Origin: Octopus vulgaris
Lineage: Eukaryota
Length of the DNA: 64,000 bases
Assembly: GCA_951406725.2 (NCBI GenBank)
Contig: OX597840.1
Location: 29,450,001-29,514,000 of the forward strand
Direction of reading: 5' to 3'
The notes beneath the pieces were generated by a model. That model was not told the DNA's origin and searched no databases. It saw nothing but the letters and a program-made list of their open reading frames with translations. This document shows, one piece after another, positions 50,035-63,192 of the stretch. The position numbers and the translations under genes are program-made. Numbering within the stretch: the stretch's first letter is position 1; every line of letters starts with the position of its first letter.

Positions 50035-50972
50035 GGCGGTGCCCCAGCATGGCCACAGCTCATTAGCTGAAACTGGAAAAATCAAAATCAAAATCAAAAT
50101 CATATATATATTTATTTATTTTCTTGTACATGTATTTTTATCTTGTAATTTATTTTGTATTTTTATTTGTATCGTTTTTACGTCCTGTTTGTGTTACATT
50201 TTATTATTTTTCTTTCATGTTTTTACCCCTCTGCAAAGTAATTTTATTTTAATTCTCTCGCAGGAAGGGCTAGTTTCGATGAGTCGTGTTCTGTCTTACC
50301 TTCGAAACACGCTAGAGTCGAACTAGAGACAGCTCATGAAGGGGATTTTTCCTTGTGTAGTTTGTCTTGTACTCTGTTTTCCGGTTGTAAAAAAATGGTT
50401 TGTTCCATGTTTGTTTTTACGTTTTCGTTTCTCGTTGAGTTCTACGTCTATTTGTGGTGTCCTGTACTCACGTATATATATTTATATATGCATGTATATG
50501 TACATGTAGATGTAGGTACGTACATATATGTTTGTATGTATGCATATATTTTATTTATTACACTATATATATATATATATATATGCCTTTCTCCTTGGTA
50601 GCTTTCTTCAGGTATCTAGGTTCCAGTTCAATCTACTGATGATACCTCTCTGTACAAACATATTTTGTCTACACAAGAATTACAGCTTTGGTTTAATTTG
50701 CGAGCTTATTATTCACTGCGACATGTATCCCTGCAGAGAAATGTCCACACATTATATTTTGCGCAGCTCGTTGCAGACAACTAAGCCGATTCATGTTACA
50801 AAATACATTTGTATATTCTTCTGCAATATTGCCAAGTAAGGAAAAAACAAAATTACGATGTCTACTTTATGCTAACAATATACAAATATATTACTAGGCT
50901 CCTTAAAGAGCTGTTGGAAAATTCCAGAAGGTTGCAATATTAATTTTTAAAAATTTTATTTTATTTTAGTTG

Positions 50973-51078
50973 ATATATATATATATGTATGTATGTATAT
51001 ATATGTATGTATGTATATATATATATATGTATGTATATATATATATGTGTATGTATATATATATGTATGTATGTATAA

Positions 51079-51111
<33 letters not shown>

Positions 51112-51253
51112 TATGTATGTATGTATGTATATATATATGTATGTATGTATATATATGTATGTATGTATGTATATATATATATGTATGTATGTATGTATAT
51201 GTATGTATGTATATATGTATGTATGTATATATATGTATGTATGTATATATATG

Positions 51254-51284
<31 letters not shown>

Positions 51285-51592
51285 GTATATATGTATGTAT
51301 GTATGTATATGTATGTATGTATATGTATATGTATGTATGTATGTATATGTATGTATGTATATGTTTGTGTGTATTTATATAGGTACATATTATATGTATA
51401 CATAAATATAATATATATATATACACACATACATATATATATACACACACATATATAATATATATATATACATACATACATATATATACACATACATACA
51501 TACATATATATATATATACATACACACACACACATGCATATATATGTACATACACACACATATATATGTGTGTGTGTATATATATGTATATA
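50973..51592. repeat. (TATG)n/(TA)n compound microsatellite
   Basis: Direct reading. Confidence 0.97.
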
Positions 51593-53117
51593 TTATTGAC
51601 AACAGACAATCTTAACCGTGTAGGTAATCCTTCCTTTCCTGTTTCATCTGACTTTTGCAATGAAAGGTTTTTTTTTCTGCAACTGAAGAACGGCTAGCAG
51701 CTATTCCAATTGATAACATTCTGAAAATGGAATATTCTGCCAAAGCAATCTTTGACAAATAATGCATTTCTTTCCTTAAGAACAATTCTGCTTTCTTTTT
51801 TTTTTTTTGTATTTTTTGATTTTTGAAATCTGTTGGGTTTTTGTTGTCACTTTTTTTTTTTTTTTTTTTTTTGAAGTAATTTTGATGTGAAATTTCCATT
51901 AAGTTACTGGTGAGAAATTTAGATTTTCAGTGCTGAAGAACACCCGAATGCCAAAAAAAAAAAATAGAAACACTTTCCTGACTTTAACAAGAAATATGAA
52001 TGTGATGTAAGTCTTTGGATAACAACCTACTTTGAGACCATTTAGAGCTGTAAGATACACATTTCCTGTTTTAAATTGATCTAAATTTAAACTTTCCACC
52101 GAAATTGTATGTTAACAAAGAACAAAGTTATTTTACTAAATTCTTTGTCAAAATTCATTGAAACAAAGGTGGTATATTAAGAAAGAAATATGGTAACTAA
52201 AGGGTTAAAGTGACCTAAATTAAAACATTCTTTCAAAAGTTTGTGTTCATTTATGTTTGAAACGCTAACTTAATAATGATAAAGTTAGTTTTCTAAATTT
52301 GTCCAAAATTATTAGCAATTAACAGGATGCATTTCAACAAAAATATGGTAGCAAAAGAATTAAAAATCACAAAATCATTTTATTAAATTCTTCAAAATTT
52401 TTCAAAATTAATCAAAACAAAGGCAGTGTCATCCTCATCATCATCATCATTATCATCATTGTCATTGTTTAACGTCCGTTTTCCATGCTGGCATGGGTTG
52501 GATGGTTTGACTGAGGACTGACAAGCCAAGAGACTGCACCAGGCTCCAATCTGATCTGGCAGAGTTTCTACAGCTGGATGCCCTTCCTAATGCCAACCAC
52601 TCTGAGATTGTAGTGGGTGACTTTTATTTTTTTACATTCCACCAGCACAGGAGCCAGTCAGGCGGCACTGGCATCGACCACATTCAGATGGTGCTTTTTA
52701 TGTGCCATCGGCACAGGAGCCAGTTAGGTGGGTGGGGGCACTAGAAAATTATGGTAACAAAAGGGTTAAAGTGATCTAAACACCTCTCAAAATTTCATGA
52801 TCATTTCTGTTTCAAACACTGACTTAATAATGATGAAATTATTTAATTAAATTTGTCCAAAATGAATAGCAACAAAAGGAGTGCATTTCAACAGAAATAT
52901 GGAAGCAAAGGAATCAATAATGACAATGTTATTTCACTAAATTCTTCATATTTTCAAAATTAATAGAAAACAGAGGCAGTGTATTTCTAAGGAAATATGG
53001 TAACAAATTTTTTAACACTTTCAATTCCAGTTCAACTGAAATTACCCTTTCTTATACAATACAAACATTTTATTTTAAAGTGATCTAAATTTAAACTTTC
53101 CATCAAATTCAAATGTT

Positions 53118-53590
53118 AGGCGTAGGAGTGGCTGTGTGGTAAGTAGCTTGCTCACCAACCACATGGTTCCGGGTTCAGTCCCATTGTGTGGCACCTTGGG
53201 CAAGTGTCTTCTACTATAGCCTCGGGCCGACCAAAGCCTTGTGAGTGGATTTGGTAGATGAAAACTGAAAGAAGCCTGTCGTATATATGTATATATATAT
53301 ATACACATATATACGATGGGCTTCTTTCAGTTTCCGTCTACCAAATCCACTCACATATATATATATGTATGTATGTGTATATGCTTGTGTGTCTGTGTTT
53401 GTCACCCCAACATCGCTTGACAACCGATGCTGGTGTGTTTGGGTCCCCGTAACTTAGCGGTTCGGCAAAAGAGATTAGTAGAATAAGTAATAGGCTTACA
53501 AAGAATAAGTCCCGGGGTCGATTTGCTCGACTAAAAGGCGGTGCTCCAGCATGGCCACAATCAAATGACTGAAACAAGTAAAAGACTAAA
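53118..53590 (+). mobile_element. SINE family A with an internal inverted segment
   Basis: gtgagtggatttggtaga..aaactgaaagaagcc is followed, after (TA)n, by its reverse complement ggcttctttcagtttccgtctaccaaatccactcac. Confidence 0.8.
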
Positions 53591-54120
53591 AGAGTTAATT
53601 CATATTCCAAACACTAGGTTAATAATTGAAAACAAGGGCAGTATATTTCAACCGATATAGGATCAAAATAATGGTTAACCCTTTTGATACCAACTCAACT
53701 GAGACTGTTTCTAGCTCTGTTATACAAGCTTTCCATTTTAGCTGTTTAACATTCAGGTTATTCTGTCGAAGTAATACTTATTTATTCACAATCATCATCA
53801 TCATCATCATCATAATCATCATCATCATCATCATCATCATTATCATCATCATCATCATTGTTTAACGTCCGTTTTCCATGGTAGTATGGGTTGGATGGTT
53901 TGACTGGGTCTGGGAAACCAGGAGGCTGCACCAGGCTCCAGTCTGATCTGTCAGTGTTTCTACAGCTGGATGCCCTTCCTAATGCCAACCACTCCATGAG
54001 TGTGGTGGGTGCTTTTTATGTGCCACTGGCACAGGGTCATATATATATATATATATATATAGTTATTTCGATCTTGAAAGGATGGACTTGGTGCTAACTT
54101 AACTGTATCTATTTTTATTA

Positions 54121-54182
<62 letters not shown>

Positions 54183-54544
54183 TATTATTATTATTATTAA
54201 TATTAATAGTAATTTTTATTAACTTTTATAGCTTTAGAATTTTATGAACTGTACCATGGTTTTAATTATTATTTTTCATCTCCATATGTGTTAGCCTTTT
54301 TTTTTATAAAAAAAACTATTAGCCAAATATGTATAATATCGGTACTTATTAATATTAATATATACACTGTTATATATTTTGTTTTATTTTGTTCTGTTTA
54401 CCTTCCTTTTTTGTACGAATGTGTATTATATTATATAAGTGTAGCATTATGATGTATAAGTTTTTATATTTTACATTTTTATATTTTTATATTTATATGT
54501 ATATGATTATATAATATTTTTCACTATTATAATAAAATTAATTT

Positions 54545-54660
54545 AATTCTCTGAAGAGGCCGTGGGGCATCCTTGTTAATGCCTCATTTATACCTGCCTT
54601 TATGGCTTATAGGTTAAATGAGGTATGACTGCCCTCACTGCCGAAACAGCTGTCAGTTTT
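54545..54660 (+). ncRNA. Type I hammerhead ribozyme with long stem II
   Basis: CT-CTGAAGA-GGC.GTG.GGGCA..ATGCCTCATTTA/TAAATGAGGTAT..TGCCC.CAC.GCC-GAAAC-AGCT-GTC-AG; weak stem I. Confidence 0.7.
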
Positions 54661-54853
54661 GATTTATTTGCATATTATATTTGAAATTTTTTACTTATAT
54701 CTCTTTATCTTTTTACTATTACTGTATATCTCATTTCATTTTATATATTGCCTTTACTCATATGTAATGGTGTATTAAAGTATGGATTGAGTATCATCGG
54801 ATAGTTGATGTTTTACTGATTTAAGTATGTTTCTCCATTCTCTAATTTTGTAG

Positions 54854-54885
<32 letters not shown>

Positions 54886-55271
54886 AGTATAAAAATGAGA
54901 AAAAAACACCTTTCTAAATTGAATTTTTTCCTTGTAAGTTAGGATTAATATTCTCTCAAATAATTATTATATGTATATATGTATATATGTATATATATAT
55001 AATCATCATCATCATCGTTTAACGTCTGTTTTCCATGCTAGCATGGGTTGGACGGTTTGACTTGGTCTGGGAAGCCAGGAGGCTGCACCAAGCTCCAGTC
55101 TGATCTGGCAGTATTTCTACAGCTGGATGCCCTTCCTAACGCTAACCACTCCATGAGTGTGGTGGGTGCTTTTTATGTGCCACTGGCACAGGGTCATATA
55201 TATATATATATATATATAATCAAAATAGATGTACATCAATGGAATTTGTATCCTATTTGTATCCTTTTATG

Positions 55272-55920
55272 GTACCAGTGCCGGTGGCACATAAGAAAAC
55301 CATCTGAACGTGACCGTAGCCAGTACCGCATCGACTGGCCTCCGTGCTGAGGGCACGTAACAAACACCATCCGAGCATGGCCGTTCGCCAGCCTCGTCTG
55401 GCACCTGTGCCGGTGACACATAAGAAAACACCATCCGAGCGTGGCCGTCTGCCAGCCTCGTTTGGCACCTGTGTCGGTGGCACATAAAAAACACCATCCG
55501 AGCGTGGCCGTCTGCCAGCCTCGTCTGGCACCTGTGTCGGTGGCACATAAAAAACACCATCCGAGCGTGGCCGTCTGCCAGCCTCGTCTGGCACCTGTGT
55601 CGGTGGCACATAAAAAATACCATCCGAGCGTGGCCGTCTGCCAGCCTCGTCTGGCGCCTGTGTCGGTGGCACATAAAAAACACCATCCGAGCGTGGCCGT
55701 CTGCCAGCCTCGTCTGGCATCTGTGTCGGTGGCACATAAAATCACCCACTACACTCTCGGAGTGGTTGGCATTAGGAAGGGCATCCAGCTGTAGAAACAC
55801 TGCCAGATCTGACTGGCCTGGTGCAGCCTTCGGGCTTGCCAAACCCCAGTTGAACCGTCCAACCCATGCTAGCATGGAAAGCGGACGTTAAACGATGATG
55901 ATGATGATGATGATGATGAT
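55272..55920 (+). mobile_element. RTE-type 3' end with ~6 tandem 63 bp units
   Basis: Unit aaaaaacaccatccgagcgtggccgtctgccagcctcgtctggcacctgtgtcggtggcacat. Confidence 0.85.
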
Positions 55921-56421
55921 GTAAGTATAAAAATGAGAAAAAAACACCTTTCAAAATTGAATTTTTTTCTTGTAATTAGGATTAATATTCCCTCAAATAA
56001 TTATTATATGTATATATGTATATATATATAATCATCATCATCATCGTTTAACGTCTGTTTTCCATGCTAGTATGGGTTGGATGGTTTGATTGGGTCTGGG
56101 TAGCCAGGAGGCTGCACCGGGCTCCAGTCTGATCTGGCAGAGTTTCTACAGCTGGATGCCCTTCCTAATGCCAACCACTCCGTGAGTGTAGTGTGTGCTT
56201 TCTTATGTGCCACCGGCACAAGGTTTTGAATTAATCATGCACTATCTCATAGCATCAAGACCTCAATAATGTGACTGTTCATCTTCAGAATGGCATTGAA
56301 GGGTTGGTGTGAGAGGCCAGATCTGGCCAGTTGGAGCATAAAGCAGGTAGAATATAAGGGGCTGATAAGGCTGGTTTTACCCTTTGGTATTCAGATTACT
56401 CTGTCAAATTTAATGCTTATT

Positions 56422-56642
56422 TACTCTTTACTCTTTACTCTTTTACTTGTTTCAGTCATTTGACTGCGGCCATGCTGGAGCACTGCCTTTAGTCGAGCAA
56501 ATCGACCCTGGGACTTATTCTTTGTAAGCCCAGTACTTATTCTATCGGTCTCTTTTGCTGAACCGCTAAGTGACGGGGACGTAAACACACCAGCATCGGT
56601 TGTCAAGCAATGCTAGGGGTACAAACACAGACACAGATACGC

Positions 56643-56673
<31 letters not shown>

Positions 56674-56839
56674 TACAACAGGCTTCTTTCAGTTTCCGTC
56701 TACCAAATCCACTCACAAGGCATTGGTTGGCCCGGGGCTATAGCAGAAGACACTTGCCCAAGATGCCACACAGTGGGACTGAACCCGGAACCATGTGGCT
56801 GGTTAGCAAGCTACTTACCACACATCCACTCCTGCGCCT
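56422..56839 (-). mobile_element. SINE family A
   Basis: Same body as 1471-1931. Confidence 0.85.
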
Positions 56840-57589
56840 TTATTCACAATGTTTTCAGTTAATCATGCAGTATCCAATATCTTTGAGATTTCAATGATAT
56901 AATTGTTTATTTTTACAATGACATTGTAAGATTGGTGTGAGAGGCCAGAATTTAATTTCAAAACCATCTACTGTGGTTCAGGTTTCCTTTCTTTCTTTCT
57001 TTCAATATTAATTGTCTTGAACACACATACATAATTTAAGGACATTTGAAATATTTCCCAGACACGCCTTCTGCATGACAAATATATAGTTAAGTGTTGA
57101 GTAAGGAATGATGACATAATAATATTTGTTTCAAAGTTTGGCATAAGGCCAGCAATTTAGTAGTGGTGGTGGTGGTGGGGGGGGGGGTTGAATGTAAGTC
57201 GACCCTAGTACTTAACTGGTACTTATTGGCTTCAAAAGGATGAAAAGCAAAGTTGACCTTGGCTGGATTTGAACTCAGAACACAATAACAATATTATTAG
57301 CATGACTAATATTTGGGCTCACTATGGATAGTTTAACTCTTTAGCATTTAGATTACTCTGTCACATGTGATGCTTATTTATTCAGCATTGTTTTGAATTA
57401 ATCATGGATTATCTCACAGCTTTAAGATTTCAATGACTTCATTATTTAGTTTAAGGGTAACATCGTAGAGGAGATGTGAGAGGCCAGGTCTGACTGGTTT
57501 AGGTAGAATATAAGGGCCGGATATGGCCTGTTTAAATGCTAATGGATTAAAATGTTCTAAATTAAAACCTTCAATCAAAATTCCATAGT

Positions 57590-58022
57590 CTTTACTCTTT
57601 TACTTGTTTCAGTCATTTGACTGCGGCCATGCTGGAGCACCGCCTTTAGTCGAGCAACTCGACCCCGGGACTTATTCTTTTTTGTAAGCCCAGTACTTAT
57701 TCTATCGGTCTCTTTTGCCAAACCGCTAAGTAACGGGGACATAAACACACCAGCATCGGTTGTCAAGCAATGCTAGGGGGACAAACACAGACACACAAAC
57801 ACACACACGCATATATATATATATATACATATATATGACGGGCTTCTTTCAGTTTCCATCTACCAAATCCACTCACAAGGCTTTGGTCGGCCCAAGGCTA
57901 TAGTAGAAGACACTTGCCTAAGGTGCCACGCAGTGGGACTGAACCCGGAACCATGTGGTTGGTAGACAAGCTACTTACCACACAGCCACTCCTGCGCCTA
58001 TCCACACAGCCACTCCTGCGCC
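57590..58022 (-). mobile_element. SINE family A with duplicated 5' 20-mer
   Basis: ccacacagccactcctgcgcct occurs twice at the head. Confidence 0.85.
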
Positions 58023-58310
58023 TCCATGTTACTTTATGTTCCAAACACCAGGTTAATAATGACATGGGAATTTTACTAAATCTTTCATTATTTTCAAACT
58101 TAATTGCAATTAAATTTGGGCACGTTTATGCATGTTTATAGAAGCAGAATTGGAATGGAAGGAAATGGCAGCAGAAGAGACCGAGGAAGGCACAAGAATA
58201 AATGGTGACACTTGATCCCTGGAAGAGGAACCTTTCCCAAAGAAAATGACAAAGGACTACAACAAAGAGAGGTTATTAAGTGCATGCAAGCATGTGAGAG
58301 CAGATGTAAA

Positions 58311-58730
58311 ATGATGATGAGGATGATGATGGCAATGATGATGATGATGATGATAATAGTGATGTTGATGATGATGATGTAGAGGAAGAGGAAGATGAGG
58401 AGGAGGAGGAGGATGACGATGATGATGATGATGATGATGATAATATTGATGTTGATGATGATGATGTAAAGGAAGAGGAAGAGAAGGATAATGATGACAA
58501 TGATGATGATGATGATGATGATGATAATAGTGATGTTGATGATGATGATGTAGAGGAAGAGGAGGAGGAGGAGGAGGATGACAACGATGATGATCATGGT
58601 CATGATCATAAGGAGGAAGAGGAGGAAAAAGCTGGTGCTGGACAATGACAGTGCTGATGACAACAATAACGATGATATTGAATATGATGATGATAATGAT
58701 GATGATGAGGATGATGATAATGAGGATGAT
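58311..58730. repeat. (GAT/GAG)n repeat with ~90 bp higher-order units
   Basis: gataata.tgatgttgatgatgatgatgta.aggaagagga recurs three times. Confidence 0.85.
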
Positions 58731-59526
58731 GCTCAGATCCATAATGCATGACAGACAATACAGAACAAGAATTACCAAATAAATGCAAAGAAATTGGAAT
58801 CAAAATTATTCTGGTAGAAGAATTTAATTTCAAAACCATCTGCTGCGGTTCAGGTTTCCTTTCTTCATTTCTTTCAATATTAATTGTCTTGGACACACAT
58901 ACATAATTTAAGGCCATTTGAAATATTTCCCAGACACGCCTTCTGCATGACAAAATATATAGTTAAGTGTTGAGTAAGGAATGATGACATAATAATATTT
59001 GTTTCAAAGTTTGGCATAAGGCCAGCAATTTAGTCATGGTGGTGGTGGGGGGTTGAATGTAAGTTGGCCCCCAGTACTTGACTGGTACTTATTGGCTTCA
59101 AAAGGATGAAAAGCAAAGTTGACCTTGGCTGGATTTGAACTCAGAACATAAAGATGGACAATATGTCATGAAGCATTTTGCCCGGTGTACTGGCAGTTCT
59201 GTCAGCTTGCTGTCCTAATGATGACACAATATATTGTCTGGTTTTGGCATATCTTGTATTATATTTCATTGTGGTAAGTAGTTTTCCTCCTAACAGCTGG
59301 GTTCTGGTTTCAATCCCACAGCATGGCACCTCAGACAATTGTCTTTTACTGTCGTCCTAGGCCAATAATGTCTGCGTTTGATTTGGTTGATGGAAACTGA
59401 AAAAAACAACATGCTATATAATGTATATGATTTTTGATTTTGATTTTTCCAGTTTCAGCTAATGAGCTGTGGCCATGCTGGGGAATATTATATACATATA
59501 TATGTGTGTATGTGTGTGTATGTATG

Positions 59527-59565
<39 letters not shown>

Positions 59566-59585
59566 AAAGACAATATATATATAAT

Positions 59586-59625
<40 letters not shown>

Positions 59626-59631
<6 letters not shown>

Positions 59632-59921
59632 TAGTTATCGCCATACTAATATGTCAGTCTATAAATAAGACTAAAGCTGTCTCTGATTAGCTCCAAGAGG
59701 CCATCGCCTCTAGCTAGCTATTTGACACACAAACCTGAAACATGTCTGCAGATGTCTGACTAGCAACGTGAAGCGGCTGACCTCCCCTGTTCAAAGGTTG
59801 TAATGGATGCAGGTTTGTGTGTCAAATAGCTAGCTAGAGGCGATGGCCTCTTGGAGCTAATCAGTGACAGCTTTAGTCTTATTTATAGACTGCCATATTA
59901 GTATGGCGATAACTATTAATA
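59626..59921. repeat. Fold-back inverted repeat (112 bp arms) abutting (TA)n
   Basis: 59626-59737 is the reverse complement of 59810-59921; a single homologous arm lies at ~28824-28928, also beside (TA)n. Confidence 0.9.
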
Positions 59922-59967
59922 CCGAGTAATGCTGCCGTAATCTCCTTTAGAGAGACTTAGTAATTTT

Positions 59968-60240
59968 ATGGGTCATCCCATAAATATTGTGGTTTTTTTC
60001 AATTGCATCAACTAAAAGTCGAGTGTGGATGGTATAAACTAACTGCATCAACTTGCTATAAAAGCATGCAGTAAATTTTACTTTTGGAAGAGAGGCCTTG
60101 CAAGTCTATCAGATAGATGGAAGAGCATTGTAGAAAATGAAGAAAAGTATATTTTAGATTAAAAAGTAACTTTGTTTATCTTAAATTTGAAAAATAAAAG
60201 TAGTATAAAAAATCTGCATTATTTATGAGATAACCTAATA
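59968..60240. mobile_element. Mariner-derived MITE
   Basis: Imperfect TIRs tatgggtcatcccataaata / tatttatgagataacctaata. Confidence 0.6.
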
Positions 60241-61149
60241 TATAAATGTGTGTATGTATATGTATGTATGTATGTATGTATGTATATATATATATATATA
60301 GATATATATGTGGTATAAATATATACATATATATATATATATATGTATGTATATGCCGATATAACTAGCACTTTGTCAGTTACGATGACAAGTGTTCCGG
60401 CTGATCTGATCAATGAAACAGCCTGCTTATGAAATTACTGAGAGGCCGAGTACTCCACAAACATGCTTACCCTTAATGCAATCATTGTGTAAATAGTTAC
60501 TAGATATAACAGGGTAACACTATTGGATACACCAAATTTACATATGTATATGTGTGTTTATATGCATATGTGTGTGTGTGCATGTATGTGTGTTTGTGTG
60601 TGTGTGGTGGGCTTGATAGAGTCTCCCTCTATATTTCCAATGATGTGGATTATGATTTTATCAGAATTCGATGTCAAAAAACTTTTTTGGGAAATGAGTT
60701 TCTGATAATTTACTCACTTCACTTTTTTTTCCCCTTCATACATTTCAGAAAGATTGGTATTTCCATTTTCTAATGACCTTTTCTCGAAATACCTTGCAGG
60801 TGGTTCAGATTACAATTACATAGGAATTTAATGCAGAAGAATATGGCGTGCGGAAATGGATATTTCATGCATCTGAATTTTGTTTCTTCATCATTTTGAT
60901 GATTTTAGCATATTTAACGACCATGAATCGGGTGGAATACTTCTGAGTTTGTTTAAAAGAAAGTGATTAAGGTTGTGGAAAAATAACGAAAGAAATATGA
61001 ATTCAATAACACCATGTTACAAAATTGTATCTGTTGTGCCTTTGGTCAGTGAGTGTTATATCCTATTTGCTTCTGTCTAGAAATTAAAGGAAATGACTAC
61101 CATTCCCTTAAAACTTTGCTTTTGTAACCTGGACATCAATGTTTCCAAA

Positions 61150-61842
61150 CTGTTATTTCCTATTTGCTTTTCTTGAAAGTATGAAAAGTGGCTAAGATTT
61201 CCTTCGAACTTTGCTTTTCTTACATTTATCCAAACTCCAGAGAATCCCTCTCAACACATGGTTATGATGCTTCCCCACTACTTCTGCTCATCATCAGAGA
61301 TACACATAACTGACCTATTTTCCCATTACATTTCACACAGATTCAGTGCTGAGTTGCTGAAACAGAAATATCATTACGGCAAATATTCTGCTCAATACCA
61401 CAGATCTGTTTGTTGTCTTCGATCATTAAGTGCTATTTCCTATTTGCTTCTATTTAGAAATCAAAGGAAATGACTACTATTCCCTTCAACCTTTGCTTTT
61501 ATTACCTGGACATCAATGTTTTGAAACTGACCTATTTCCCATTACATTTCAGACACATTCACTGCTGAATTGCTGTAGCAGAAATATCGTTATAGCAAAT
61601 ATTCTGTTCAATATCACAGATTTGTTTTGTCAGTTGGTTGACCTTAACCACTTGAGCGTGTCCTTTAGTGGCTGACAATATGTTCCATCTCTGATGATGA
61701 GCAGGAGTTGTGGAGAAGTATCACAGCTATGTGTTGAGAGGAGTTCTTCGGAGGTTTCGATAAATGTAAGAAAAGCATAGTTTGAAGGAAACATTAGCCA
61801 TTTTTCATACTTTCTAGGGGTAAGCAAATAGGAAATAACAGT
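61150..61842. mobile_element. MITE-like element with long (~160 bp) diverged inverted repeats
   Basis: ctgttatttcctatttgct...ctgctcatcatcagagat vs atctctgatgatgagcag...agcaaataggaaataacag. Confidence 0.65.
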
Positions 61843-62064
61843 TGCTATCCAAAGATAAAAACCGTGTTACACAATGTTGTGCTAGCATTTTAATTACCTT
61901 TCTCCAAAGATATCAGGGAAGAGAGGAATCATTTCCAAAAGTAATTCTTTTCCGACATAATTGTAATGAAAATTTCAAAATGTTTTTAAAAAAATCAAGT
62001 CATGATTCATGAAATGTACCCCTCCCTATTTTTCTCTAATATAATAATTTTTTTTCCCACCCTT

Positions 62065-62360
62065 TTCAAGCCTAGCCAGGCTCATGGGCCCAGTTTCCTG
62101 GTTTCTGTGGCGTATGTGTTCCCTCCAGCTAGATGAGACGCCAGTCCATCGCAGCGTTACTCAAGAAACAGGAAGAGAGAATGAAAGAAAGTTGGGGTGA
62201 AAGAGTACAACAGGGGTTGCCACCACCCCCTGCCAGAGCCTCGTGGAGCTTTTAGGGGATTTTGCTCAATAAACACACACAACGCCTGGTCTGGGAATAG
62301 AAACTGCGATCCTCTGACCATGAGTCTGCTGCCCTAACCACTGGGCCATTGTGCCTCCAC
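62065..62360 (-). mobile_element. SINE family B
   Basis: Reverse complement of 39020-39320. Confidence 0.8.
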
Positions 62361-62639
62361 TTAATATAATCATAATCTAAACTATTTGAAAGATATCTGT
62401 AGAAAATTTCATTAAAAATCTCCATTTTCCTGAGAATTATGAAGAAATGAAATTGGTGGATATTAGGGATGTATTTCTGTGGTTATTCCCGACTCATGTA
62501 AGTAAATTAAAATCAGTTTTCGTATTCAGTTTTCTCTTTCTTCAACAACACCCCAAAAATATGAAAAGATGCTGGAATCATCATTATTAGATGGATACTG
62601 GATAATTCATAGAAAGTAGCATTGCCAATACTTTGGCAC

Positions 62640-63192
62640 AAGAAATGTGCCTAACTGTGGAGGGAACCTGTGGAAGAGGTTAGACCCAGGAAGACATGAG
62701 ACGAAGTGGTGAAGCATGATCTTCAAAGGTTGGGCCTCACAGAGGCAATGACTAGTGACTGAGACCTTTGGTGATATGCCGTGATTGAAAAGACCCATCA
62801 AGCCAAGTAAACCCATAATTGTAGATGATGCTGGTGTCACACAACAGGCACCCATGCTGCTGATGTGTAAAAAGCACCCCTTGAATATTGGGCATCACAG
62901 AGGTGGTAAGTGACAGAGACCTTTTGTGATATGCTATGCCTCAGAAGACTCATCGAGTCAAGTGAAGGCATCGTTGTAACCAATGCCAATGTCACATAAC
63001 TGGCACCTGTACCAGTGGCACGTGAAAAGCACTCATTACACTCTTCGAGTGGTTGACATTAAGAAGGGCATCCAGGTGTTGAAACCATGCCAAATCAAAC
63101 TGGAACCTGGTGCAACACCCTGGCTCACCAGTACCACTCAAACTGTCTAACCCATGCCAGCATGAAAAACAGATGTTAAATGGTGATGATGA
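62640..63192 (+). mobile_element. RTE LINE 3' portion, degenerate
   Basis: VEGTCGRG*TQED.. region homologous to the 42960-43110 reverse complement; ends aacccatgccagcatgaaaa..gatgatg. Confidence 0.7.

Noticed and set aside
50268-50345. Permuted hammerhead in the family also at 34985-35060 (cttcgaaacac...ct(c/g)a.gaagg)
   Set aside because: Core-like words are present but I could not build consistent stems I-III in either copy.
51612-51899. Minus-strand ORF KAELFLRKEMHYLSKIALAEYSIFRMLSIG...
   Set aside because: No recognisable domain or splice signals; relies on poly-T tracts upstream. It could be conserved non-coding DNA but this cannot be supported.
55236-55875. 21-aa repeat ORFs or a CRISPR-like array
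   Set aside because: Contiguous 63 bp tandem units with no unique spacers, no cas genes, in a eukaryotic LINE 3' UTR.
58140-58650. Acidic protein exon
   Set aside because: The D/E frame is closed by stops just upstream and consists of (GAT/GAG)n higher-order repeats.
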